A stretch of 64,000 nt of DNA, from assembly GCF_009914755.1 (NCBI RefSeq), contig NC_060935.1; one strand, given 5' to 3'. The position numbers were made by a program, and so were the translations under genes. The notes below the pieces were generated by a model that made no database searches, was not told where the DNA came from, and saw only the letters and a program-made list of their open reading frames with translations. Numbering within the stretch: position 1 is the first letter of the stretch; each line of letters begins with the position of its first letter. The DNA comes from the human T2T-CHM13v2.0 reference genome, Homo sapiens. Below are positions 24,553-37,790 of the stretch, one piece after another.

Positions 24553-25050
24553 TCTGCCTATTACAAATATGGAAACTGCAACATGGAGAGGTAGAGCTAC
24601 TTTACCAAATAGGAGCGGGAGACGGTATTTGAACCCAAGCAGTCTGAAACTGAAAACCCACACTCCTAATCTTTACTTCATAGGGTGTCCTGGTCAAATA
24701 TTTTACTGAAACACTTTGCATATTTTAGAATATGAAAAACAGGTGGTCCCTGGGAAGCAGGAAAGGGTGCTTGGTTGGGGAGAGAAGGTGCTGGGAGGTG
24801 TGGGACAGGAAGATGAGCTATCCCAGGCTTACCTCCTGGCTCTGCTTGGTCCAGCCCAGTGGGCTCTTATATTCTTTCTTTTCCCAATTGAATTAAGTGA
24901 AGGCTTATTGAGCAAAAACTGCCCTCAATTTTTGGAGAGACACAAATATATAGTCATATAAAGTAAAAGAAAGGTTAATAAGAAGAATTATTTTTTGGAA
25001 AAAGAAACTATGCCTACCACATATGTTCAATAGCTGCTAATTCATTTTTC

Positions 25051-25083
25051 GTGTGTGTGTGTGTGTGTGTTTGTGTGTGTGTG
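25051..25083. repeat. (GT)n microsatellite with one interruption
   Basis: Direct reading. Confidence 0.95.
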
Positions 25084-28000
25084 AAATCATGAAATATCTC
25101 ATAGAAAAAATAAAGTATGTATTATATATGGACAATCCCCTGCAGTTTTGACGTGCTTCTGAGGGGCAGCCTTCAGAATAGACAGGGCTGCGTGGGAAAA
25201 AGAAAGCCAGATTGCTGTTAGCTGTGGGGACAGGCAGGCCAGCCTTCCTGACCCGCCCCTGGCCCAGCTTTCTCAGGAAAGGGCAGGTGCCAGCCCAGGA
25301 GGTTTAAGGGAAGCTGCCTCCTTCCGTTCATTTCTGGGCTAGTAATAATTTCCGGCCTCTTTATTTGCATCCATAATTGACAGCTCCTTAGCAGCTCATT
25401 AGGAAAGTAGGGCTCTTTGTGACCAACAAAAGAGGGGAACACATCCCTGGGGGTGGGGGCGTCCTTGAGAAACTGTTTGAAACTCTGAGAAAGACAGCAG
25501 ATAGATTCTTAGGGACCAAAAGCACCAAGGAGCTTAGTAATCATCCCTGGCTGTGAGCTACAGATTTTCAGCACTCTGCAGTGAGCCTAGAACCTGTGCC
25601 TGTGCCTGTGTCTGTGCTGGAGTCAGGGAAAGCAGGGACAGTGGGCTGGAAATTCTGGGGCTCTGTAGGCCTGCACACTAAAGGAAGTCAGCTAGTGATC
25701 TCTCCCCCGTCTCCTTTGGGCCCAGTTTGGGCTTTCGGGTCCCCATGGCATGGAAAGCAGTGCCTGACCCCTTATACTCTCCGAAACCCCTTACTGGGGA
25801 GGCACTGATGGGAGGAGAAAACCACACATTTATTCTATAAACGTTTATTGGTCACCAAGTATTTAACAGCCACACCTCATGCACTAGGTTGTCTTACTCT
25901 CACAATAGATTTATGACACAATAACCCTTTACATTGATTTTACAAAAAAGGAAATCATAGCACAAAAAGGTTTACTAACATACTGAAAGTCACATAAGCT
26001 CTGAAGCCAGATCTTATCAGCCCAGTAACCTTTTCCCCACAGAAGCACAATGAACAAGCCAGGAGTAGGGTGCTACATGGACAATAAATTCTATGGAAAT
26101 TCAAGGGAGGTAGAGGCCACTCTGAACTAGGGAAGCCAGGGTAGGCTTTCTAGAGGAGACGGGCCTTGAGTTAGAGCTCAAAGAATGAGTAGAATTCAGA
26201 AAGACAGATGGAGGGAAATAGACATGGGATGAGGGTTGGGGGCAAAGGGTGAGTCAAGCAGTGTTTCCCCAGGAGGAAGGCTCTGCATACCCTGGAAGCC
26301 AGTAAAGGCTGGAGCACCTGCATCAGAGATTGTGAATGAGTGACAGCAGAAAGCAAAGCTCCGATGTGTGCTGTGACCTGAGCCTAGGGAACAGAATTGC
26401 CGGGTTAAGAACTGAGGACCACAGCTTCTGGGAGCTGGGAGCCATAAAAGATGCTCAGGAAAAAATATGGTGCTTCAGAAATATGATTCCTTACAAGACG
26501 GGGATCTTATTCACTTGGGGTCTAGGCAACCTAACCAGGGTTGGCGCTAGCTCTGAGCTTCAGGAAAGGGACTAGATCCTCTGGGCAGCTTCAACCAATT
26601 ATGTTCTTTCTCAAACCCCTGCAAGCTTTAGTCTCCTTTGCCTGACGGTGCCCCCTCCAGCTGCCACCTCCTCCTCCAACCCCTCCATTCAAGTGTGCAA
26701 TGCTCAGCACTGTGCCCCGACATCCCTACCCCATGCCAGGGCCTGGCTTTATACACAACATTCCCTCACAGAATGTGCTCCCCTGCCTGCCCCTGCAGAA
26801 AACATGTCACCCATTCCCCTCCCAACAGACATCCTCCCTTCCCTAAGGATATCCTCTTGAAACCCTGGGTATCACCACCTCCTAAAGTTGGAACTTTCTC
26901 TGTTCCCCCACTAGAATTTGTGTGTGGTTCTATCACATTTCCCGACATAATTATTGGTATAAATTATTCCATCATTTTTCATGGATGTCTTCTCTCGCCA
27001 AGTAGATTATCAGCCCGGCACGAGCAGGGTCCGATAGCTCTCTTCCCTGCCAACCCTCTCCTGACAACCCCGTCCATGGGCATCTTCCTCAGCCCTCACT
27101 GCTCATTTGGACACTAAGCTAGCTGTCATGCATATCTGTTTCCCATTCATTCCTTCACTCATTCACTCACTTATTCTGTGGGGGTAGCAATGATTACAGA
27201 GGACCTAGACCTGCATCTCACTATCTTGAGCAAGTCATACCAGACTGCAGTTGCCTCATGTGTAGGATATAGACAAGAGGGACAAATCTGGCAGGAAATG
27301 TTACAGATATTAAGTAAGCTAAGGTTTATGTATGTGTGTACAGTCCCAGGTACCAAAGCCAATTGATAAGCATCCAGTGATTAAATTAGTGAATTTCCCT
27401 AACCAACATTCTCTGAGAATCCACACAGCCCCTATGGTCTAAAGGGCAGCAGAAAACTTATAAGCCCTGGTACTTACCACAACCCACCCTCTTTTCATCC
27501 CTTTGCCATCCCATTCCCTTTTCCACCTGCTGGACCTAGCACACTTGTGTACAGAACAAGGTTCAATGAACATCTTTCACCTTCGTGGAAGTGAGTTTGC
27601 ATTCTCAGAACAGCTCAGGGCACTCATTCCATGTTAACATTGGTGGCGGCAGGAGAGGCACTAGAAGTCCTGACCCAGTTCTCCTTCTCAATGGTCATTT
27701 CCACTCACTGACTGATCTGTAGTCACAGGACAGGAGGTGGCTGCAGAAAGGCAGTGATGGGCCATCTTGGCTGGACCCTTGCTGTCACTGTCAGCCTTTC
27801 TGGCCTAGAGCCAGTAGGAGCAGCTCTTCCCCTTCTGTGGGGTTGTGGCATTGGTGCTCAGGCTCTCACCAAACATCTCACATGTCAGATGGCCTTACTA
27901 TCAGCCCTGAGCTCCTTCTCCTGGGGTCTACAAAAGTTCTGAGCTCAGGCCTGCCTCCCTCCCTCCTCCATGAAGCTGTTTGTACCCAAAGCCATTTGGA

Positions 28001-28677
28001 GGACTTGGTCAGATGACTGGTGTCAGGAGCCCAACCCAACAATCTGAAATTAATATTGGTTTTGCAAAGAGGAAAGCAGAGAACTGGGATGCCAGTTCTA
28101 AGCTCCAGGCCTTGTTCTGCTGATAACTAGCTGAGCAACTGTGGACAAGTTAATTTTCTTACCAAGATTCCTTCTTCTCTGCAAGCTGCAAGGCTGTACT
28201 GACTGCCCTCTGAGCTGTCTTCCAAGTTCAAAGGTGAGTGGTGCTGGTGTACTAGGAATATCAGGGCATTTGTTTGATCAGCTTCAGCCAGAAAGTCCTT
28301 CTAAACCAGAACACTTCCTCCTAAAAATTAAATTCACTTTTTTTCTGTTAATCTCTAGGTTAAAAGCAAACTGTAATTGTATTTATCTCTTATTCTAGTG
28401 TTTTTGGCAAGAATGAAAGTAGGGAGCTTGAACTGGACCAGAAAAGAAAGAGAAGGGAGCTTAACATACCTGGCTTCTTTCATCTTTTAGGACACAGACT
28501 AAACGTCACCTCTGCAGAAAGACCTTTCCTGACCATTCAATCCAAACTGGGTCTCCTCAGCACCACCAGATACACCCATTATTCTCTATGACTGCATCAT
28601 TCATACTCTATTTATTTCATCTGTAGCAATAAGCACTACCTGTAATTTATTAGTTATTTATTTGCTTAATATTTGAT

Positions 28678-29171
28678 TTCATATTGGTTTTCTATTGTTG
28701 CTATAACAAATTACCATAAACTTAGTAGTTTAAAACAACATAAATTTATTACCTTAGGGTCTTGAAGATCAGAAGTCTGAAACCAATTTTGTTGTGCTAA
28801 AATCAAGGCGTGTAATCCTTCTGGGAGTGCTAGGGAAGATTTATTTCCTTGCCTTTTCCACGTTTTAGAGGCTGTCTGCATTCCTTGTCTCATGGTCCCA
28901 TCCTCTATCTTCAAGCCAACAGTATAGCATCTTTAAACTCCCCCCCTCTCTGACTCTGCCCTTTGCTTCCATTGTTGCATCACCTCTACCTCTGCTTCCT
29001 GCCTCCCTCTTATAAGTACCCTTGTGATTACACTGGGTCCACCTGGACAATCCAGAAATGTCACCATCTCACGATCTTCAATTGCATCTATAAAGTTCCT
29101 TTTGCCATGTGAGGTAGTAAATTAATAGTTTCTGGGGATTAGGACGTGGACGTCTATTCAGACTTCACTAC
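28678..29171 (-). mobile_element. MLT1D-like MaLR solo LTR inserted in an L2 fragment
   Basis: 'gctataacaaattaccataaacttagtagtttaaaacaacataaattt...tctggggattaggacgtggacgtct'; L2-like sequence on both sides. Confidence 0.8.
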
Positions 29172-29599
29172 AAAATAAGCTGCAGGAGATTATAATAATT
29201 TATCTATCTTATTTATTATGGAATTCTCAGTGCATAAACACTATAAAAGAACAAAAGAATGAAGAAAGAAGAGAGCAAAATCCATTTGGTAAAGAAGAAA
29301 ATAATGGTTCTTGCCTCTGTCATTAACTAAGGCAAACAGAGCAGATCAGTTTAAGTTTCTTTGCTTTCCTTATCCCCCAAACAAGATGCCATTATGCCAT
29401 AGAAAATATGGTCCTGGCAATGGAGTGTGACAGAGAAAGAGAATTCTGGGAGGGAGGAAGCCAACTTGCAGCACTGCAGAATAAACCCTGAGCATCCTCA
29501 GAGGACCAGCCCAACACACTCCCCTACTGTAACCTGAGAAGATGCCTAATGCCCAGCTCTGCCCCTCCTGAAGGCCCAACTGCTGGTGGCATCTCAAAG

Positions 29600-31307
<1,708 letters not shown>

Positions 31308-31454
31308 CTATAACAACAGATCTGATATTTGTATTATCAGAGTCTCAAAAGTAGAGGAGGGAAGGGTGAAAAAACACTCCGAGAAATAATGACTGAAAAC
31401 TTTTCAAATTTGTCAGCAGACATAAACCTATAGACTCAAGAAGCTGAAAAAATC

Positions 31455-31485
<31 letters not shown>

Positions 31486-31832
31486 AAAGAAATTCATGCC
31501 AAGACATACCATAATTAAACTTCTGAAAAGTAAAGACAAAGGAAAATTATTGAAAGCAGTCAAAGGAAATGTCACCTTACCTATGGTGGAGAAATAATTC
31601 AAATTATAGCAAGGTTTTTGTGTTTGTTTGTTTTGTTTTGTTTTTTATCAGAAACCATGCAGGCCAGATGGAAATGGCACAATATATTTCAAGTGCTGAG
31701 TGAAATATGTTTTCACCATCCTCCAAATCCTATTGCCCAGCAATATATACCCTGTATCTGGCAAAACCATCTTTCAGGCTTGAAAAGGAAATAAAGGTAT
31801 TTTAAGAAAAAATAAAACTAAGAAAATTTCGG

Positions 31833-32145
<313 letters not shown>

Positions 32146-32455
32146 AGCAGACCTAACCTAAAACAGCGACTAAGGAAGCCCTCTAAACAGAAAAGAAATG
32201 ATAAAACGAAGGAACCTTGGAATATCAGGAAATAAAAAAGGAACTCAGTAAGCAAAAATATAGATTAATTCAATGGGCTTTCCTTCTCTTGTGTTCTAAA
32301 TTACATTTAACAGTTGAAGCAAAAATTATTATATTGCTTTATGTTCTGAATAAATGTAGGAGAACTATATGAGGTAATTATTTTACAAATAGGGAAAGAT
32401 GAACAAGTGTAAAGGGAGTTACGTTTTCTATACTTCACTGAAACTGGTAGCATAA

Positions 32456-33325
32456 TGATACAGAACAGGGGAAGGGAAGTGCTGGGAAGGGAAGGGCATG
32501 ATCCTCTTCAATGATACAGAAGCGGGGAAGGGAAGTGCTGGGTAGAGGAAGGCGTGGTCCCTGGCTAGGGCTCCACCTCCTGGCCTGTGCCCATGGACCT
32601 AAGTGAGGACAGGCATTTTTGTTTTCCTGCCCAAATGGTGCATTTCCACCCTGGCCTGCCACGCCCCCATCCGGTGCCTACAAAAACCCCAAGACCCTAG
32701 CAGGCAGACACGCAGGTGGCTGGACGTTGAGAGAAGCAAATCAGCGCAGGAACACACAGGCGGCTGGACATCGAGAGGAACACACCGACGGCTGGACATC
32801 GAGAGGAACACACCGACAGGCACTGGCACTCCAGCAGGCCTCCAACCTGCAGAACGAAGCGGAGTTTGGCTGGGGCAGTAGGAGGAGAGCCCGGGCTGCT
32901 GAGCAGCCTGACTCCAGGGGAAAACCAGCTCCCTTCTGGCTTCCTCCATCTGCTGAGAGCTACTTCCACTCAATAAAACCTTGCACTCATTCTCCAAGCC
33001 CACGTGTGTTCTAATTCTTCTGGTAGACCAAGGCAATAACCCTGGGATACAGAAAGCCCTCTGTCCTTTCAATAAGGCAGGAGTCTAAATGAGCTGACTA
33101 ACACAAGCTGCCTACAGACAACAAAGCTAAAAGAGCACCCTGTAACATACACCCACTAGGGCTTCAGCTGTCAACATTCACCCCTAGACACTGCCGCGGG
33201 GTTGGAGCCCCACAGCCTGCCCATCTGTATCCTCCCCTAGAGGTTTGAGCATCGGGACACTGAAGGGGTGAGCCACTCTCCCATGGCACACCCTGTGAGG
33301 CGACAAGGGAATTTTTCCCGTTTCA
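32456..33325 (+). mobile_element. 5' LTR (870 bp)
   Basis: Starts tgatacag, ends cccgtttca; GC box ccacgccccc 32659-32668, TATA variant tacaaaa 32679-32685, AATAAA near 32972. Confidence 0.9.
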
Positions 33326-33327
33326 AT

Positions 33328-33345
33328 TCCGGGCTAGTCCAGGAG
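33328..33345 (+). other. Degenerate tRNA-Pro primer binding site
   Basis: tccgggctagtccaggag versus PBS-Pro TGGGGGCTCGTCCGGGAT, 13/18 identical, 2 nt after the LTR end. Confidence 0.6.
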
Positions 33346-33937
33346 CCTTTTTGCCCCTTTAACTGTTTTCAATCTTCTTTTTTTTTTTTTTTCTTTTTTC
33401 ATTTTCTAAGTGAGAGGGCTCCCCCTCCCAGCTCTGTTTCTGATAGAGAAGTTAAGAGAGGAACAACCCCTGCTGGCTGAGAACTGCAAATTCAGCAGGG
33501 CACATTTGAGACACTCTAAACAGATACAAACGGCCTCTAAAATATCTTTTCGGCCCCAAACTCGATTCTAAGCTTCAGGCTGAGGCCCTAGAAAGAAAAA
33601 TCGGGTCTGAGGGATCCAAAGCCATGCAACAGGCACAATGTCAATGGGCAGGACCGATTCCTGCCGACTGGACCCCACCTCACGGAAGGAGCGTGCTTCA
33701 TGGCATAAACAGGCCCGGGGGACCTGAGGGCGGTTAACTCCTATTCTCCGGGATTTCCCTGCTTCATGGGTACATACCACATCAGTACCCAGGTCTGGCA
33801 CCTGGCAAGGTCTCCGGGACTCAGGGACAAGAGGTGGAGAGTGAAGGGAGGATGCTTACTTTCTCTCTCCATCACACCTGAATTTTTGCTGAAAGAAGGA
33901 AGGAAATGAGGGATGCCTCTTTTCCCTGTCTTTCAGA

Positions 33938-35262
33938 ATGGATAACCAGTTCTCTTCATTCACCATTCCCAGCTATACTCCTCTGGAGTGTATCCGGAAC
34001 CAGTGGGACTGCTTTGACCCTCAGAATCTGGAGGAAAAGCACCTCATAGCCCTCTGCACAAAGGTTTGGCCAAATCATGATTTACATGAAGGGCTTTCTG
34101 ATTTACAGGAAGGAGGCATTCATTTTGATACCATCTGGCAGTTGGAACTTTTCTGTAGATGTGAGGATAGATGGTCTAAGGCCCCATATGTGCAGGCTTT
34201 CTATACCTTGCAAGGCAATCCAGACCTTTGCTGACAATGCAGGATTGATTTAGCCCTCCTGTTTGCCATCTCAGGGAAGGCTGCGAAGGGCAAGCCCAGG
34301 GAATTAAAGATGCAAGTCCCAAAGGCACCCCCAGCAAAGGAGCCAGCTCCTTCCAGCCCTGCTCCTCCAGGTCCACCCCGACCTCCCTATCCAGCTTCAG
34401 CCTCTCACTTGCTCCATCCTAGAAATCCTCACCCTAAACAAGCCCCAGCCTCACTCTTGCCCCTCCAACAGATGCTCAGTGAATTTGGGCCCAGTAAGGT
34501 CCAGGTCCCCTTCTCCCTATAGGACTTAAAGCAAATTAAGGGGGATCTTGGCAAGTTTTCACATGACCCTAATATATAGAGGTTTTCCAGAATTTCACTC
34601 AAATATTTGAACTCTCCTAGAGGTGTTATGTTACTTTTGAATCAGACCCTGACAGACACAGAGAAACAGGCTGCTCGGCAAGCAGCAGAGAGATTTGGGG
34701 ATGAGCTTTGCATCACATATAGCATCAGGGAAAGGGGCAAATATTATCCAACTGGAAGAGAAGCAGTACCAGTAAATGACCCTAAGTGGGATCCCAATGA
34801 TGAGATAGAAGCCTGGAAAAGGAGACACTTTCAGGTGTGCATAATGGAGGGCTTACATAGGACTAAGACCAAGCCTCTCAATTATACTAAGTTGTCCATG
34901 ATCGAACAAGGATCGGATGAAAATTCCACTGCTTTCCTGGAAAGGCTAAGAGAAGCCTTGGTAAAGCACACCTCTCCATCTCCTGATTCAGTTGAGGGAC
35001 AACGAATCCTATAGGATAAACTTATTACTCAGGCAGCTCCTGACATCAGGAGGAAGTTGCAGAAATTGACCCTGGGACCAGATAGTACATTGGAGGACCT
35101 CCTGAAAGTGGCCACCTTGGTGTTTTATAACAGAGACAAGAGGCCCAGGAAAGAGAAAGGAAATACAGGAAAGAGGCAAAAGTTTTAATGGTCACTGAGC
35201 AAAGCCCACAAACCCCAGAATTCCCAGGGTACACCTGTTAACCGCTAAAGATATGGCAAGAA
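33938..35262 (+). pseudogene. gag: Disrupted gammaretrovirus-like gag (matrix, capsid, start of nucleocapsid)
   Basis: MA-like 'TPLECIRNQWDCFDPQNL...QLELFCR..PYVQAF'; CA-like 'GREAVPVNDPKWD', major homology region 'QGSDENSTAFLERLREAL' (about 34901-34960) and 'ITQAAPDIRRKLQK'; several stops and frameshifts. Confidence 0.9.
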
Positions 35263-35466
35263 GAGTTATCTCTCTTCTAACATTTATCTGCTCCCATACA
35301 AGGTTTAATTCCTTTCACCAGGGTGAAACACCTCAGGGTACAATGTTGTTGTTACTATACTTCACTTCTTATCTCTGTAATCTTCGGCACTAAATTCTTT
35401 CCTTGTATAATACATGTTTAACCTATGCATACTTAAGCTTATAAAACTTGTTTTGTTCTCTCGCAC

Positions 35467-35615
35467 CTAGAAGCCATCAAACTCCAAATGGCCAGGCAAC
35501 CAGAGGCTCAGACAATGGCTCCTTTTTGCTAGGAACCCTTAGATAGACTTCTGAGAGGAATCTGACTGCCGTTTTCCCCAAAACAACATCCGCTGTCAGC
35601 AGGAAGCAGCTAAAC
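35467..35615 (+). pseudogene. Remnant of env cytoplasmic tail and 3' internal region
   Basis: ctagaagccatcaaactccaaatg encodes LEAIKLQM, typical of ERV1 env C-termini; 'tgtcagcaggaagcagcta' lies just before the PPT. Confidence 0.6.
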
Positions 35616-35659
35616 CATATTCTAGCGGTAGTTAGATGTACCTCTTCAGAGGGGGGAAA

Positions 35660-36480
35660 TGATACACAAGTGCTGGAAAGGGAACGGCATGGTCCATTTA
35701 AATGATACGGAAGTGGGGAAGGGAAGGGCGTGGTCCCTGGCTAGGGCTCCATCCCTGGGCTTGTGCCCATGGACCTAGGTGAGAACAGGCATTTTTGTTT
35801 TCCTGTCCAAATGGTGCATTTCCCAAGAACACCCTGGCCTGCCACACCCCCATCCTGTGCCTATAAAAATCCCCAACACCCTAGCAGGCAGACACACAGG
35901 TGGCTGGATGTGAAGAGGAGCACATCAGTGCAGGAACACACAAGTGGCTGGACATCAAGAGGAACACACCGGCAGAAGAAGACACAAGCGGCTGGACGTT
36001 GAGAGGATATCAAGGGGCGGTTGGAGGAGAGCCCAGGCCACTCAGTGGCCTGACCCCAGGGGAAAACCTTCCCACTCCATCCCTTTCTGGCTTCCCCCAT
36101 GTGCTAAGAGCTGCCTCCACTCAATAAAACCCTGCATTCATTCTCCAAGCCCAGGTGTGATCCGATTCTTCCAGTACACCAAGGCAAGAACCCGGGATAC
36201 AGAAAGCCCTATGTCCTTGCGACAAGGTAGAGGGTCTAATTGAGCTGGTTAACACAAGCTGCCTATAGACGGCAAAACTAAAAAAGCACACAGTAGCACA
36301 CGCCCCCTGGGGCTTCAGGAGCTGTAAACATCCACCCCCAGACACTGCTGTAGGATCGGATTTCCACAACCTGCCCATCTGTACTCTCCCCTAAAGGTCT
36401 GAGCAGCAGGGCCCTGAAGAAGCGAGCCACACCCCCGTCTCACGCCTTGTGAGGAGGACACGGGAACTTTTTCCATTTCA
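35660..36480 (+). mobile_element. 3' LTR (821 bp)
   Basis: Starts tgatac right after the PPT, ends ccatttca; intact TATAAAA 35862-35868, AATAAA near 36123. Confidence 0.9.
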
Positions 36481-36890
36481 ATATCAGTAAGCAGTATGTT
36501 ATGTATAGATGATATAATACCTAGAACAATCACTTGAAAAGCTATACAAACAGATACACTAAAAAACACTATTAATAAATAAAAGTAGAATTATCAAAAA
36601 AAGTTCAAGTAATCCAAATGAAAGCAGGAAAAGGAAAACAGGGCAAGGAAAAACAAAGAGACCAAACAGAAAATAAAAATAAAGTAGCCCACGTAAACCT
36701 TGACATATTAATAATCACATTAAATATAAATAGTATATAAGCACACAAAAGAATGGATTAAAAAACATGACCTAACTATATGCTATCTTCAAGAAACTCA
36801 TTTTAAATATATTTATATGGCAATTGAAAGTAAAGGAATGAAAAATGATATATAAACAAACAAGCCATTGAAAGCAGAAGTAGCTATATT

Positions 36891-37054
36891 TTGTTTTCGG
36901 TATTTTTAGAGATGGGGTTTTACTCTGTCACTCAGAGTGTTAATTGTGCTACCTGAGTGTGCCACCTGCAGCCTCATACTCTTGGGTTCAAGGATCCTCC
37001 CGCCTTACCTTCCCAAGTAGCTGAGACTATAGGTGTGTCCCACCACACCTGGCT
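36891..37054 (-). mobile_element. Alu monomer (FAM/FRAM-like)
   Basis: Single Alu arm with T-rich tail; flanking direct repeat gaagtagctatatt / aaaggagctatatt. Confidence 0.75.
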
Positions 37055-37594
37055 AAGAAAGGAGCTATATTAATGTTAGACCAAGTATATTTCAGAGCAA
37101 AGAATATTACCAGAGACATAAAGGGGCATTATGTAGTGATAGCAGAGTTAGTTTACTGATTAGACATATAGCAATCCTAAAAGGGTATGACCCAAACAAA
37201 ACAGCTAAAAAAAAAAAAAAAAAATACATAAAGCCAAACTGCTAGTGCTGGAAGGAGAAATGGGAAAAAACACAATTATATATGAGGACTTCAACGTTCC
37301 ACTGTCAGCAATTGGTAGAACAATAGCTAGAAAACCAGCAAGGATATAGGAGAACTGAACAACAACATCAAACAACAAGATCTAATTGGCATTTATAGAA
37401 CACTCCACCCAACGACAGCAGAATATATATTCTTTCCATGTGTCCATAGAACATACGTGAAAATAGATCATGTCCTGGGTCACAAAAAACAACTTCAACA
37501 AATTTAAAATAATTAATGTTGCACAAACTGATCTCTGACCACAATGAAATCAAACTAGAAATCAATAACAGAAATAGAGAAATTTTTAAACAGG

Positions 37595-37790
37595 TATATA
37601 TCAGAAATATAAATATACATATGTACATACACAGACACACACACATATATATATACTCTGCTCTGAAGTACACTTTATCTGATATTTTCTGTAGATAGAT
37701 GATTGATAGATATAGACATACATGTAGATATAGATACAGGTAATCTGGTTGTGTGTGTGTGTTTGTGTGTGTTTATACACACCAGAAATA
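37595..37790. repeat. Mixed CA/TA/TAGA/TG low-complexity patch inside L1
   Basis: Short (CA)n, (TA)n, (GATA)n and (TG)n runs bounded by cagaaatataaa on both sides. Confidence 0.7.

Larger units (their letters stand above)
32456..36480 (+). mobile_element. Internally deleted ERV1 provirus, LTR1/HUERS-P-like (LTR-gag-env tail-LTR)
   Basis: Two homologous TG...CA LTRs, PBS-like site, gag relic, PPT agaggggggaaa at 35648-35659, flanks ataa / atat; host L1 sequence continues on both sides. Confidence 0.9.

Noticed and set aside
32716-32816. CRISPR-like repeated 'ggctggac' units
   Set aside because: Internal tandem repeats of an LTR in primate DNA, with no unique spacers and no cas genes.
33938-35014. 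Domesticated gag-derived gene
   Set aside because: Broken by several stops and frameshifts; the longest piece is 135 aa with a non-ATG start.
35757-35780. p53 response element in the 3' LTR (gggcttgtgcccatggacctaggt)
   Set aside because: Only one imperfect RRRCWWGYYY half-site; the second half does not fit.
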